Assembly: GCA_004431415.1 (NCBI GenBank)
Contig: QPMI01000511.1
Coordinates: 1-64,000, forward strand
Origin: Cyanophora paradoxa CCMP329
Taxonomy: Eukaryota; Plantae; Glaucophyta
DNA length: 64,000 bases
Direction: 5' to 3'
Part shown: in pieces, positions 21,516 through 34,700 of the stretch
Layout: each line of letters starts with the position of its first letter
How positions within the stretch are numbered: position 1 is the first letter of the stretch
Position numbers and translations under genes: made by a program
The notes under the pieces: model-generated
The model's database searches: none
What the model saw: only the letters and a program-made list of their open reading frames with translations
What the model was told of the DNA's origin: nothing

Positions 21516-24500
21516 ATGGCGCTCCGCAGGGTTCGCGCACGAGCGCCTTGTCCCCCCCGCGGCCGCGCGCGCCAAATTGACCCCTAGGCCCGGCCTGCGT
21601 GCCGTACGCGTGCGCATGTGCGCAGGTGGCGATTGACGGGCCCCGTCGCTTCGCCGGCGCCCGCGCGGCCGTCGCTCTGGTCGCGCTGCTCGCTCTGTGG
21701 GGCGCGCGGCCGGTCGCGGGGAGCGTGGGCGCGGCCCCGGAGCTGCCGCGGGACTCGGCCGGCCTCGTCACCGACCTCGCCTCCCCCGGCTCCTACATCG
21801 TCGTGCGCCCCGCCGCGCCCCGCCGCGCTGCGAAAGGGGCGCGCGCCGCGCCTGAAGCCGCGCGGCCGCGCGCGCCGGCGCGCCGGCGCGCAGGCGTTCA
21901 AGGACGAGGCGGGCGGGGCGGGGCCGGGGCGGCGGCTGCTGGCGGGGACGTCGGCGCCGCGTCGGAGGCGCTCCTCGCGCGCCTCCGCCAGCGCGTCGCC
22001 GAGAAGCACGCCGCCCGCCTCGCCGCCTTCCGCGCCGGCGCCGGCAAGGACGGCGGCGGCGGCGGCGGCGGCGGGGGCGGCGTCTCGGACAAGGGCAAGG
22101 CGGGCGGGGCGGGGGCGCCGCCGGAGCCCGTGCTGGAGGTCGCGACCGTCTACCGCGCCGTCTTCCCGGGCTTCGCCGGCCGGTGCGGACCGCCCTGCGC
22201 CCCCCCGTCCCACGCGCGCCCCGCCCCGGCCCGGCCCGACGCGCGCGCGGGGGCGCCGGCAGGCTCTCGGAGGAGGTGGTGGAGGTGGCGAAGGCGGACC
22301 CCGAGGTGGCCTTCGTCGAGGAGGAGAAGCTCGTCCGCATCGCCCAGCACTCCCAGGCCCTCCGTGCCCGCCCCCGCCGCCCCCGCCTCCCGCGCGCGGC
22401 CCGCGGCCGACGGCGGGGCGCCGCAGCGCCCTGGAACCTCGATCGGATCGACCAGCGAAGCCCCGCGCGGGACTGCTCGTACACCTACAACTCGACCGGT
22501 GCTTCCGCCCCGCCGCGCTTCCAGATCCCGGGCCCGCCCCGCCCCGCTCCGGCGCCCACTGACGCCTCTGCGCAGGCTGCGGCGTGCACGTGTGAGCGCG
22601 GATCCGGAGCGGCCCCTCGAAGCGATCCCCGGCGGGGCCGGCGCCGCTGACGCCGGCGGGGCGGGGCAGGTACGTGGTGGACACGGGGATCTACGCGGCG
22701 CACGCCGAGTTCGAGGGCCGCGCCTCCATGGTCTTCGACGCCATCCGCGGCCCGCCCCGCCGCTCCCGCCGCCCGATCCCGCGCGCGTGATGCTGACGCC
22801 GCGAGCAGACAGCACCGACCCCAACTCGGCCGACTGCAACGGTGCGCCCCTTGGAGCGATCGCGACCCCCCCCCCCCCTCCCCTCCCCCCCCCCCCCCCC
22901 CTGCCCTCCAACTTGTCCCGACGCCGCGGGCGGGGCGCTCGCTCAGGGCATGGAACGCACTGCGCCGGGACGATCGGGTCGCGCTCGTACGGCGCCGCGA
23001 AGCAGGCCCGCCGTGCGCGCCCCCTCCGAGCCCGACTCGGACCTCTGCCTCCCGTCGCCGACGCGCGCGGGCGCGGGCGCCCCGCAGTGTACGGCGTCAA
23101 GGTCCTCAGCTGCAGCGGCTCCGGCACGAACGTGTGTCCAGGGCCGCGGCATCCGCTTTTTATCCGGCGCGCGGGACTGATCGCGGGCGGGCGTCTCGCG
23201 ATCGCCTTTGCAGACCGGCGTCGTGGCGGGCATGGACTACGTGATCCGCAACCACCGCAAGTGCGCCCCCCCTCCCCCCACTCCCCGGCGCTCGCCCCCG
23301 TCTCGAGCTCCGTGGCCAACGACGGCCGTGCTCGCGACCACAGGCCGGCCGTCATGTCGATGTCCCTCGGGGGAAGCGCGTCGGATTCTATCGACGCCGC
23401 CGTCGCGCGGTGCGCAACACGCACATGCATCCAGCCGTCCGCCGCGGGCGCGGGATCTCGCGATCGATGACGCTCGGTCTCGGCGCAGCGCCACTGACGC
23501 CGGCATCCTCGTCGTCGTCGCCGCCGGCAACGAGAACACCGGTGCGCCCCGCCGCTGCTCGTCCACGACCAGCTGTCGCCCGAAGGCCCCTCTCGGCCTG
23601 CATTGACGTCGACACGGCGGCCGCGGCAGACGCGTGCGCCGGCTCGCCGGCGCGGGCCCCCCCTGCGGTCACGGTCGGCGCGACGACGTCGTCGAACTGG
23701 CGCGCCTCGTACTCCAACTTCGGCGAGTGCGTCGACATCTTCGCCCCCGGGTCCGCCCCCCCGCCTCGAGTCTCTTCCTCTCCTATTCCGTGGTTCTTCA
23801 ACGTACAATCGGGAGCAGCTCCGCCGTCCCCTCGACGTGGATCGGGTCGCCGGGCGCGACGAACACGATCTCCGGCACCTCCATGGCCACCCCGCTGGTA
23901 GGCCGGCCGGCCCCCCTGCCAAGGCCGACGTGGAGGTTCTGATCACTATGATCACGGCCTCGATCGCGCGCAGGTCGCCGGCGTGGCGGCCCTGTACCTC
24001 GAGGCCTTCCCCGCGGCGACCCCGGCGCAGGTCACCGCCGCGCTGCTCGCCGCCGCCGCGCCGAACCAGACCGAGGACGTCGGCCAGGTCCGCTCCGCTC
24101 CGAGCGCTTCCGCCGTGCCCCGCCGCCTGAGCTCGCCGCTCTGACGAGGCGGGGCGCCAGGACTCGCCGAACCTCCTCCTGCAGTCGGTCGGGCTGCTGC
24201 CGGCGGAGTACCGGGGCGCGGACCAGTGCTGGCCCTGCCCGACGGCCTGCCTCAACGGGGGCCGCTGCGTGGCCGGCCAGTGCAGCTGCGGGGACGGCTG
24301 GTCGGGGGCCGCCTGCGAGAGCTACAGCCCGTGGGCGATCACGTCGCTCGGCTCCGCCGCCTCCTGCGCCACCTCCGTCGGCCTCGCCTCCGGCACCAGC
24401 CAGGCCCGCCCCCGCGCCCCTCCCGCCCTCGAGCTCGCCCCTCACGCCCCCCGAAGGCCGTCAACGTGGCGTGGACGTACGCGGGGCGCGAGGCGCGGGC

Positions 24501-27500
24501 CTCCGTGCAGCTCTCCCTCTACAGGGTCGCCGCCTCGGGCGTCGCCTCGCTGGCGCGCCCCCCTCCGCACCCCCTCCAGGCGTACCCTACATTCGTGTCT
24601 GAGGGGCTGCGCGGGCCAGGCGAGCGTGATCGCGGCGGAGCTGCCCAACTCGGCATCGGGCGGCTCGTACCAGTGGACGGTCCCCGAGGGGCTCCAGGGC
24701 TAGTGCGCCCGCCGCCCTGGGCTTCTGCCGGGCCGCCCTCCGCTGACGCGCCGGGCTCGGCAGCCACTTCCTGCGGATCTCGAGCGCAGAGCCGTTCCCC
24801 GCGAGCAGCGACAGCGCGCGCCTGTACATCGCCGCCGGCTGCGGCGCGCCTGTCGTGGACACCTGCTCGGCGCCGGCGCAGGTCGGCGACTTGAGCTCCT
24901 CCGTCATCTCCGACTCCGCCGGCCGCAAGGTGCAATCGAGGCTTCTCCTCAGCTGTTTCGTGATTCCTTGATTTGCATTAAGATGGCTTTGCCTCGTAAT
25001 CAGATGGCGCTCTTCCGCTTCGTGGCGCCGACCACGCGGTCCGTCATGTTCTCCACCTGCAACCCCGGCTCCGAGTTCGGTGCGCCTCCGGCTTTGAATT
25101 CCGAGACCCGTGTGCCGTGACGCCCGTGATCACAGACACAATGATAATGGCCTACAACAACTGCCCCGCAACGGGCAGCGGGGGCGCAATAGGCTCCAAC
25201 GGTGCGAACTCGTGCTCCTGTGCAAGCCGCTGAGCGCGCGCTGTGTGGCGCGGCTGTATCGATAGTAATCATATGCGCGGTGGCCCGCGACGCAGACGAC
25301 TCGAGAACATGCTCGATAAGAGGCACGCTGAGCGATCTGACACTGACTTTGACCGCGGGTGTCCCCATTTATGTGGCCGTCGTCGGTGCGAGCGCCTGCC
25401 CCTTCTTCAATTCAGTTCGAATTTCATACCTGTGCGACGCAGGCTACAACGGTGCGACCGGCAAATTCGAGTTCAGCATCAAGGACACCGTCTGCAGTGC
25501 GCTCCGTGGTTCTCGTTTATTTGCACATGCACATGCACTAAACAACCGCCTGCGCGCATTTTCAGACCCGCTCGCCACGCCGGCGCCGACCGCGCTCCCC
25601 GGAGCGTCGCCGTCGACGCCGCTCCCGACCCCGCCGGCCCTCGTCGCGCCTCGGCCCCCCGGGCCCACCCCGTCGCCCACGCCGCCGATCGTCAACTGCA
25701 ACACGTACACGGATGTCGGCCAGTGCCCGGCGACAACGTTCACCGGCACGACGGTCGGCGCGCAGAGCCGCCTCAACACGGGCCACGCCTCTGGCGAGGT
25801 CGTCTACAGCTTCACGCCCGCCACGGGCGGCTACAAGACCATCTCGCTGTGCTCGCCCAACACCGATTTCGACACGGTGCTCTCCGTCTTCGCGGGGTGT
25901 CCCGGCCCCTCCTCCCTCCCTCTCGCTATGGACAACGACGGCTGTGGCGTCGGAAGCGGCTCGGCCTCGGGTCGCGCCTCCCTCATCCGACTCGCCGCCA
26001 CCGCTGGGATGCAGTACACCATTGCCGTCGAAGGTATCTGGTCGATGCATATGTCGCCCGTGAGATGCAAATCGCTACCCCGCGCTCAGCAGCTTCAACC
26101 TCGCAGGTTACGGCAATGCCTCAGGGCGCTTCGAGCTGACCATCGTCGACCATTCCTGCCCAAACACGCCCTCTGTGAGCGACTCGCCCGCCGTGCAGTC
26201 CTGCGGGCCCGTCGTTGTGAGCTCGACTGTTGGGCGGCCGAATTTGTTATTGGTACGCATTCTACCTTTTTAAGCTGTGCAAATCTTGAAAGACCTAACC
26301 GCTCGCATCCGCAGCAATATTGGGCGTCCCCGGAAGCGTATTTCGTTTTCGCGGTCCCCACTCAGCGCACCGTCACCGTGTCTCTGTGCTCCAGTCTCAC
26401 GAACTTCGACAGCTTCTTGCACGTGTTCGCGGGTGATTCTGGCTGCTGTTCCCGCCTTCGGCTTCCGGCTCCGTCTGACCTCGCTCGTTCGGAAGGCGAT
26501 CCCCTCAGAGGGCCCGCCGCCCGTCGCGTCGTCTATGACGGTCAGCGCCCCCCTGTCGGGGGTTTTGCATTTCGGTGCTGATGTTATGCATTTATTTGCG
26601 TGCGCATAGACGACGGCTGCGGCGGAACGGTGGCCTCCCGCGCGTCATTCGTGGCCTCTGCCAACACCAACTACACCATCGTCGTCGAGGTCGCGACCGC
26701 CGGCGCCCCCATTGCGTAGCCAACATTGTAGTGTTAAAATCTTTGACGCGTGGGGGCGCTGCAGGGCTTTGCCAACTTCGCGGGCACCTTCGCCATGCAG
26801 ATCACCGACAGCGCCTGCTCCGCGTGTGCGTGGGCGCCGTCCCGCCACGCGCCTCCGTCGTTGCGGTCGCCCTGACGTGCGGCGCGGCAGCAGCTACGAC
26901 TCCGACGCCCGCTCCGACGACGCCGCCTGTCGCGTCGACGCCGCCGCCCCGGCCAACCGCGACGCCGACCCCGCCCCCGCCTGCCTCCACGCCGGCCGCC
27001 ACCCCGCCCCCCTCCGCCACGCCCCCGCCGAACTGCGACGCGCTCCCGGTCTTCCCGGCGACCTGCGAGGCGCCCGCCGTGACGGGTAGCACGGTCGGCG
27101 CCCCGAGGCTCCCGAACCGAAGCTCGGGCGCGGCCCTCTTCGTGTACACGGCCGCGACGGCCAAGACCGTCCGGCTGAAGACCTGCGGCCCTCTGACCAC
27201 CTTCGGTGCACACGCGACCGCCGGCGCTCCCAGACAGAAGGCGCGGGGCGGGCGGGGCTGACGGGGCCGCGGCCGCCCGCAGACACGGTCCTCGCGGTGT
27301 ACAGGCAGGACCAGTGCCCGTTCACGAACGCCGGGGCCGCCCCCGTGGTCACCAACGACGACGCGTGCGGGCGCCAGTCGATCGTGTCGCTGGCGGCCGA
27401 GGCCGGCGTTCCGTACCTCGTCACCGTGAGCGGCTTCAACTCGGCCCGCGGCAACTTCAGCCTCGCCCTTGAGGACCCCGCCTGTGCGCGGAGATTCAAT

Positions 27501-30500
27501 CGGTGTATATCTGACCTGCCGCTCTTCTGATCGGTACGTGTCCGCTCGCAGGCCCGCCGCCGGAGAACTGCACAGCGGCCGCGCCGGCGGCGGCGCCGTC
27601 GTGCGGGGGCCCCGTCGTGGGCTCGACGGTCGGGGCGGTGCGGCGCCTCCCGGGGGCGGCGGTGCCCGCCTCGCACGCGGCCTTCACGAGCCCCGACGCG
27701 CTCTACACGCTCCGCTTCCCGACCGCGCGCTCCGTCTCCGTGAGCCTCTGCGAGGCGACCTCCGGCTCCTTCGACACCGTCCGCCCGCCGCCTCCCGCCC
27801 CGCATCCGCACCCGCCGGCGCCGCTGACGCTCCCCGAGGTCCTGTACGTCTTCCGCGGCTGCCCGCTGGTCGACACGCCCATCCGCGTCGCCGACAACGA
27901 CGGTGCGCCTCCGATGCGGCGCCCCCGCCTCGAAGCCCTCCAGGGCGGCGACCGGCCGACGCCACATTTAATCCTCGCCGCAGACGGCTGCCCCGGCTCG
28001 CGGCGCTCGCAGCTGGCCTTCAGCGCCGATGCGGGCGTCGAGTACTGGGTCGCCGTCGCCGGTTCGGATTCGCCTCCTCGCCTTCGGCCTCGCCTCGGCA
28101 CGCGTATGGGATGGACCCTGACCCCGGGCCCCCGCAGGGTACGGCTCGGCGTCGGGGACGTTCGTGATGCGGGTCACGGACAGCGTCGCCTGTCCTGCTG
28201 CGACGCCGACGCCGACGCCCCTGCCGGCTCCCACTTCGAGCCCCGCCGCGCCGCCTCCCGCCGGCGAGCCGGCCAACGGTGCGCTGCGAGCTCCACCACA
28301 CTCTGCCCCCACGCAATCGCGAACGCCGTCGAACGCCGCCCGGCGGTCGCAGGGACGGTGTGCGGGGCGGGGCGGCTCGAGGTCTGCTCGAGCGTGCGCA
28401 ACAGCACCGCCGGCCTCCCGAACCGCTACCGCCGCTTCTACAACAGCCCGGAGAACATCTGGGGCTTCGTCGCCCCGCGCTCCACGTGCGCGCCCCCTCC
28501 CGCCGTATTGCCTCCGGCCACGGCTGCTGAGAATGATCCGTCGCCGCGGGCAGCTCGTACGTCTTCTCGCTGTGCGGGGCCGGCTCGACGTACGACACGT
28601 TCCTGTCGCTGCACCGCGGCTGCCCGCTGGAGCCCGACTCGGCGCTTGTCGCCTCGAACGACGACGCCTGCTCCCGCCAGTCCCGCCTCACCGCCACCCT
28701 CGCCGCCGGCGTCTGGTGCGCGCGCTCCCGAGCGCATCCAGCCCTTGTTGGTTTTCGAGTTTTGCGCCTGCTGACCTCTTCCGCGCTGGCGACCAGGTAC
28801 ACGCTGGTCGTCGAGGGGTTCGCGCTGCTCGCGCTGTCGCGCGCCGAGCATGATATAGCTAAGGCTGCGCGCGCAGGTACTCGCTGGCGAGCGGGAACTA
28901 CAGCCTCGCGGTCACGTACGGCGACGGCTCCTGCGGCGCCGTCGCCCCCGCCCCGGCCCTCGCCTCGGCCACCCCCGAGCCGGCGCCGGCCGCGAGTTCG
29001 GAGAGCGCCGGCGCCGCGGCGACGATGCTGAAGGGCCCCGAGCCGGAGGCCTTCCTCGCCTCCAGCGCCCCGTCCGCGGCCGGCGCCTCCCTCGGCGCCG
29101 CGGTCGTCAGGGCGGCCTCCGACTCGGCCGACTCGGCCTCCGGATCCGCTTCGGGGCCCGCCGCGTGCTCCGACCTCCCCTCGCTCTCGCCCTGCAAGGC
29201 CCCCTCCGTCTACGGCTCCACCCTCGGCTCCCCCTCCCGCTTCTTCCCGGGCTTCTCCGGCGCCGCCTACTCCCTCTCCGTCCCCACGCCCCGCACCCTC
29301 GCGATCACGCTGTGCGGCGCGGCGCCGCCGGCGGCCGACCTCATGCTCGGGGTCATGGCCGGCTGCGACCTCTCCACCTTCACCTTTGACCGTGCGCGCG
29401 CGGCAGAGCGCAGAGCGCCCGCGGCGCGCCGCGGCTCTAACGGCCCGCGCGGCTTCCGGTGTGCAGACAGCGGGTGCGGCGGGGGCGCGTACGGGGCGAG
29501 CGTGCAGGGGACCTTCCTGCCGGGCGTCTCCTACCAGATCCTCGTCGAGGGTGCCCGCGCCCGCCCGCGCCCGCCCGCTCTGTTGGGTGGCGACGTCGGC
29601 CGAGCGCGGGGGCGCCAGGGTGGCGGGCGGAGAGCGCCGGCGCCTTCCACCTCACCGTCGACTCGAAGGACGCCTGCGGTGCCCACGCGCCCTCCCAATG
29701 AATTCGCTGTCACCCGTCTGTCTAGCCCTAGTTCTGTCTACGAGCAGCAGCGCTTCGCTCGCCGACGCAAGCGCACGGCAGGCGAGGCGGCCCCGGCGAT
29801 CCGCGACGTGGACGAGAGCATCGCCCGCGGCGTCCCCGTCCTCGACTCCACCGCCCCCGCACCCGCGGGGCAGGGCCAGGGCGGCCCCGCCTCGCAGCCC
29901 CAGCCGAGCGCCGCGCCGGCCGCCCCGGCGCCCCCGCCTGCCGCCGGCCCCGCCTCGAGCTTGCCGGCCGGCAGCGCCGGCCAAGGCGGCGCCGGCAGCG
30001 CCGGCCCCGCCCCTCCCGCCTCGGGCGACGCCCTAGCCAGCGCCGGCGCCTCCGCTTCTAACGGTGCCCCCGCCGCCCGTCCCCCCTCGAGCCGCCGGAC
30101 GCCGCCCCCTGACCCCTCACATCGCAGACCTGACCAAGTCCGCCGCCGCCGCCGTCGCCGGCCCCTCGGCGCCCGTGCAGGCCGCCTCCTCCGCCTCCGC
30201 CCCCGCCTCGGCCGCCGAGGAGGCCCAGCCCCTCTCCGCCGCCCCCCCCTCCTCTTCCCCTCGGGTCTCTCGAGCGGGGCGACGGCGGCGGCGGCGGCGG
30301 GGGCGGCGGTGGCGGCGGTGGCGGCGGTGGCGGCGGGGCTGCTCGTCTACCGGCGCTACGTGGCGGCGCCCGACCCGCGCGCCATCGCCCCCGAGCTCCT
30401 CTCCGTCGTCCCCTCCGACCGCGAGCGCGCCGCCGCCGCCGCCGCCGCCGCACCCGCCGCCCCCGCGCAGGCCGCCCTGCAGGGCGCCGGCAGCGCCGCT

Positions 30501-30932
30501 CCGGTGGTGTACATCGGGGGCACCCTCGAGGGCGCCGACTCGGCCCCCTTCGCCTCCCGCCGCCGCCCCTCCCTCGGCCGCTCCGGCTCCAGCGCCGGCG
30601 GCCTGGGGCGCTCGGGAGCGGGCTCGGGCGCGCCGGGTCGGCCGCCCTGAGCCGCACCTCCTCCTCCGCCCTCAGCCGCGCCGGCTCTGCCGTCGTCCAC
30701 CGGTGCGCCCCGCGCGCCCGCGCCCGCGCTCGCAGCGCCAGATCGATATCCATCCGAAGAGCTCACCGCCCTCCCCGGCAGGGCGGCGCCCGGGGCGGGG
30801 GCGGCGGGGCCGCCGGAGGCGCTGCGGGGGCCGCGGGGCAACGTGCACGTGCAGGAGCGCGGCCGCGACGCCGAGGAGGACGCCGTCGTGGGGCCCTTCC
30901 CCGCCCACCCGCACGCCCCCGGCGAGCCGTAG
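21516..30932 (+). CDS. Secreted/type I membrane subtilisin (S8, proteinase K-like) with I9 propeptide, EGF-like domain, seven PPC-like modules and C-terminal TM helix
   Basis: Signal-like [13 protein letters not shown]; propeptide ending [11 protein letters not shown]; [10 protein letters not shown]; triad VVDTG (~22680), HGTHCAG (~22950), SGTSMATP (~23880); EGF-like [23 protein letters not shown]; [21 protein letters not shown] (~30300-30360). Last exons approximate. Confidence 0.88.
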
Positions 30933-31701
30933 CGCCCCTGCGCCTCCGCTCGTGCGCCCGCGATCAGTAGTGCTTAGAGGCTTTCGAGAGTTCTTTGTGT
31001 TCCGCAGTTTCCGCAGATATTATATAGTTTAATACTTAAATATGCACAAAATGAAGCGCGTACTTGCAATTGTAATATCAAGACGTCGACTCAGTGGACG
31101 TGTCCGTTACTAGCTTAGTTTAAATTTGGTCGAACTTGCAGGCTCGAATGGAAGTTCTCTCGAATTCGAAATTCGAATGGAGATCAATCCAGGCTATAGC
31201 CTTTAGTCTGTCGATCGTTAGGTTAACGTTAGTCGGTCGCATCGTGGCTTTCTTTTTAAGAAATCAAAATACAAACAAGGGATCGGATCTTTCGATTCAA
31301 AAAGCATATGGATGCGCAGCGGATTCACGTACTCGTGATCATGATCAGCCGGCGGCCCGGCGCCCGGCGGCCTGGCATTGTACGTTTATGCAATGGCCCG
31401 GCGGCCCAGTGGTTGCAAGTGGAGCATCCTGGTCCGGACTGCGGGGCCAGGGCCGGGCCATGTATGGCCGGATCATGAGGCCTGCCAGGCCTGGTCATGA
31501 TCAGGAGGCTCAGCAGCTGCAGCTGCAGTTTGCAATTGTGCACGGCCACCCTCGAACATTACTTCCGATCGCCGTGCACTGCAGCTGCGCTGCGGCACCC
31601 ATTGGCTTCTTAGTTCTTATTGTACAGCCAGCCATCGCGAACGATCGCAGTGCATCCTGGTCTCCGCGATTCGGTTCTCACAGGGGCGCGCGGGCGAGGC
31701 G

Positions 31702-34700
31702 CTACTGTGCACTGCGGGCCTGGGGCGGCATGGCGCCCCGCGCGAGCGCCGCCGCCGCCGCCGACGCCGCCGTCGCCAGCAGCGGGCCCCCCGGGGTCTG
31801 CGGCGGGGCGTGAGGGCCGTACGAGTACAGGGCGGGGCGGGGCGGGGGCGGGACGCGCGGCGGGGGACTCGCGGAGGGCGCGGGAGACGTTGGAGGCGAC
31901 GGAGGAGGCGGCCACGCGGATCAGGTCGCCGTCCACCTCCCCCTGCCCCCGGGGTGAGCGAGGGGGGCGAGGCGCGGGGCGCGGGGCGGGGAGCGGCGCG
32001 TGCCTTGAGGAGATCCCAGAGGCGGCGGAGCTCCTCGAGGTGGAGGCGGTCGTCCTCCGTGAGGGCGTTCACGAGCTCGCGCCGCAGGAACGCCCCCTCG
32101 GGGCCCATCACGTAGTCGATCGCCAGCCGCGCCGTCGGCTTCAGGTCCAGCCCGCCCCCGAGCATCGCGATCCCGATCAGGTTCTCCAGGCGGCCCCACT
32201 GGAACCGCCCGTCCTTGAACAGCACCTGGCCCCCGCCCGCGTGAGGGGGGCGCAGGGGGGCGGGGGCGCAGGGGGGCGGGGGCGGGGGCGCGGACCTCGA
32301 TGAGGCGCCGGCGGAGGCGCGGGGACTCGTCCGTCAGCAGCCGCGTCGCCACGTACGGGTACGCCACCTGCGCCGCTGTCAGGAGGCCCGTCCGGGGTAC
32401 GCAAGGGGCAAGGGGCACGGCGACGCGCCTCCAGGATCCGGAAGTCGGGGTTCAACGCAAGCGAGATGCCCTGCGGGGGAGATTCGCGGTTAGCAGCGGA
32501 GTTGAAGCGGCGGCCGGCGGCGCGGGGGCGGGGCGGGCCTCCTGGACGAGCAGGGAGCGGATGACGAGGGCGAACTCCGCGGGGACGCGGAAGGGGTACC
32601 TGGCGGGCGCGTCAGGGGCGCCGGCTCGGGGGGCGGGCGGCGGGCGGCGGGCGGGGGGGGACCGGTAGACGAGGTCGGAGAAGCGGTCCGTGACGCTCTT
32701 GAAGTTGAAGTCGCGCACCTGGGGGGAGCGCGGGGGGGTGGGGGGTGAGCAGCGAGCGGGCGGGAGGGCGAAAGGGCGGGGGGAGGGGGGCGGACCGACT
32801 CGCCGATGGCGTCCTTCCAGATCTTGCGGAGGGCGGGCACGATCGTCGCCACCTCCGTGTCCTGCCCGCCCGCCTCTCAGGCGGACCGAGGCGGGCGGGG
32901 GCGGGGGCGGGGGCGGGGCGGGGGCGGGCCTGGGGGAGGAACTTGAGCTTGACGAAGTCCTCGACAACGGCGAAGTAGTCCTCGTTCACTGCCCGGCGCC
33001 CCTCAGGCCCCCGAGGCCGGCGGGGCGCTGGCGGGGCGCACCGAGGTGCACGAGCGCGTCCACGAGGGTCTCCTTGGCTGCCGCCCAGCGCTCGGGCCCC
33101 GCGCACGGGGCGGGCGAGGCGGGGGAGGCGGGGCGGGGGCGGGCGGACCCTCCTGGGAGAGCTCGGCCATCATGCCGAAGTCGATGTACGCGAGGCGCCC
33201 GTCGCGCATCGCGAAGATGTTCCCCGGGTGCCTGGCGGGCGAGCTCGGCGCAGGGAGGGGCGGGGCGGGCGGGGCGGGGCGGACGGGTCGGCGTGGAAGA
33301 AGCCGTACTCGAGGAGCTGGCGGAGGCCGGCCGTCACCCCCACCCGGATCAGCTCGTTCGAGTCCAGCCCCGCCTGCCCCCGCCAGGCGAGGCCACGCCT
33401 CAGCGGGGCGGGCGGCGCGGGGCAGGGCGGGGCGCGCCTTTTCGACGTTGTCGGCGTCGTTGGCCTTGAAGCCGTCGATCCACTCGAGCACGAGCACCCG
33501 TCTGCCGAGGGCGGAGGCTCAGCGGGGGCTCAGCGGGGTCCCCATCCCTGGGGCGGGGCGGGGGCGGGGCGGGGCGTGCTTGGAGGAGAACTCGGGGTAG
33601 ACGTGGGGGATCTTGATGGTCGCGTCCCCCGCGAAGAGCGTCTGCCCGGCAAGCCTCAGCCGACGAGGAGGCGGAGGCCGGCGGGGCCCCCGGGTTCGCG
33701 GCCGGGGGCCGGGGTGCGGGGGCGGGCGGGGCGGGGGCGTGCCTCGAAGCGGGCGGCGTTGGCGGCCTCGAGGACGTAGTCGAGCTCGTCGAAGAGCGAG
33801 CGCCCGAACTCGTCCACGATCGCCGTCAGCTCGCACCTGCCCCCGGCCACCCTCAGCGCCCCCGAGCTCTGATGGGCGGGGCGGGGCGGCGCGGGGCGGG
33901 CCCGAGCTGGATGGGGAGGACGCGGGAGAGGGCGGGGGCGAAGGAGCGGAGCAGGTGGAGGTCGAGGAAGAGCGTCGGCTTGAGGCCCGGCCGCTGCACC
34001 TTGAGCGCCACCTCCTCCCCCGTCTTCAGCCGGCACCGGTACACCTGCCCCCCGATCCCCCGCGGTCACGCAGGGCTGGGGCGGGCGGGCCTCGCGCCGC
34101 GCCGCGCCGCGCCGCGCCCCCGGGCCCCGCCGCGGACCTGCCCGAGGGAGGCCGCGGCCACGGGCTCCGGGCTGATCTCGGAGAAGATCTGCAGGGGGCG
34201 GGGGTGAGGCGGGGAGGGGCGGCGGGGCCGGGGCCGGGGCCGGGGCCGGGCCTCGGAGGGCTCCCGCCCGATCTCCTCGCGGAAGGTCTGGAAGGCGATC
34301 TTGCAGTCGAAGCTCGGCAGCTGCCGCCCCGCCCGTCAGGCGGGCCCACGCGCGCACGGTGGCGGAGGGGCGGCCCGCCTGGTCCTGGAGGAGGACGAGC
34401 TCGTCGAGGTAGTCGCGCCGCACGAGGTCCGGCCGGCACGAGAGCGACTGGCCCAGCTTGATGTACGTCGGCCCTGCACCGCCCGAGCGTCCCGCGCGGC
34501 CCCTCCAGGCGGGTGAGGCGGGGCGCGGGGCGCACCGAGGCGCGTGAGGAGCCTCCGGAGGTACTCCGCCTGGTACCCGATCCGCTGCCGCCCCGCGCGT
34601 CAGGCCGGGCCCGGGGGCCCGGGGGCGCGGCGGGGCGGGGCGCCTGCTCGGTGCGGCCGGTCCAGGCGTCGAAGGCGACGATGCCGTAGAAGAGCCCGAA

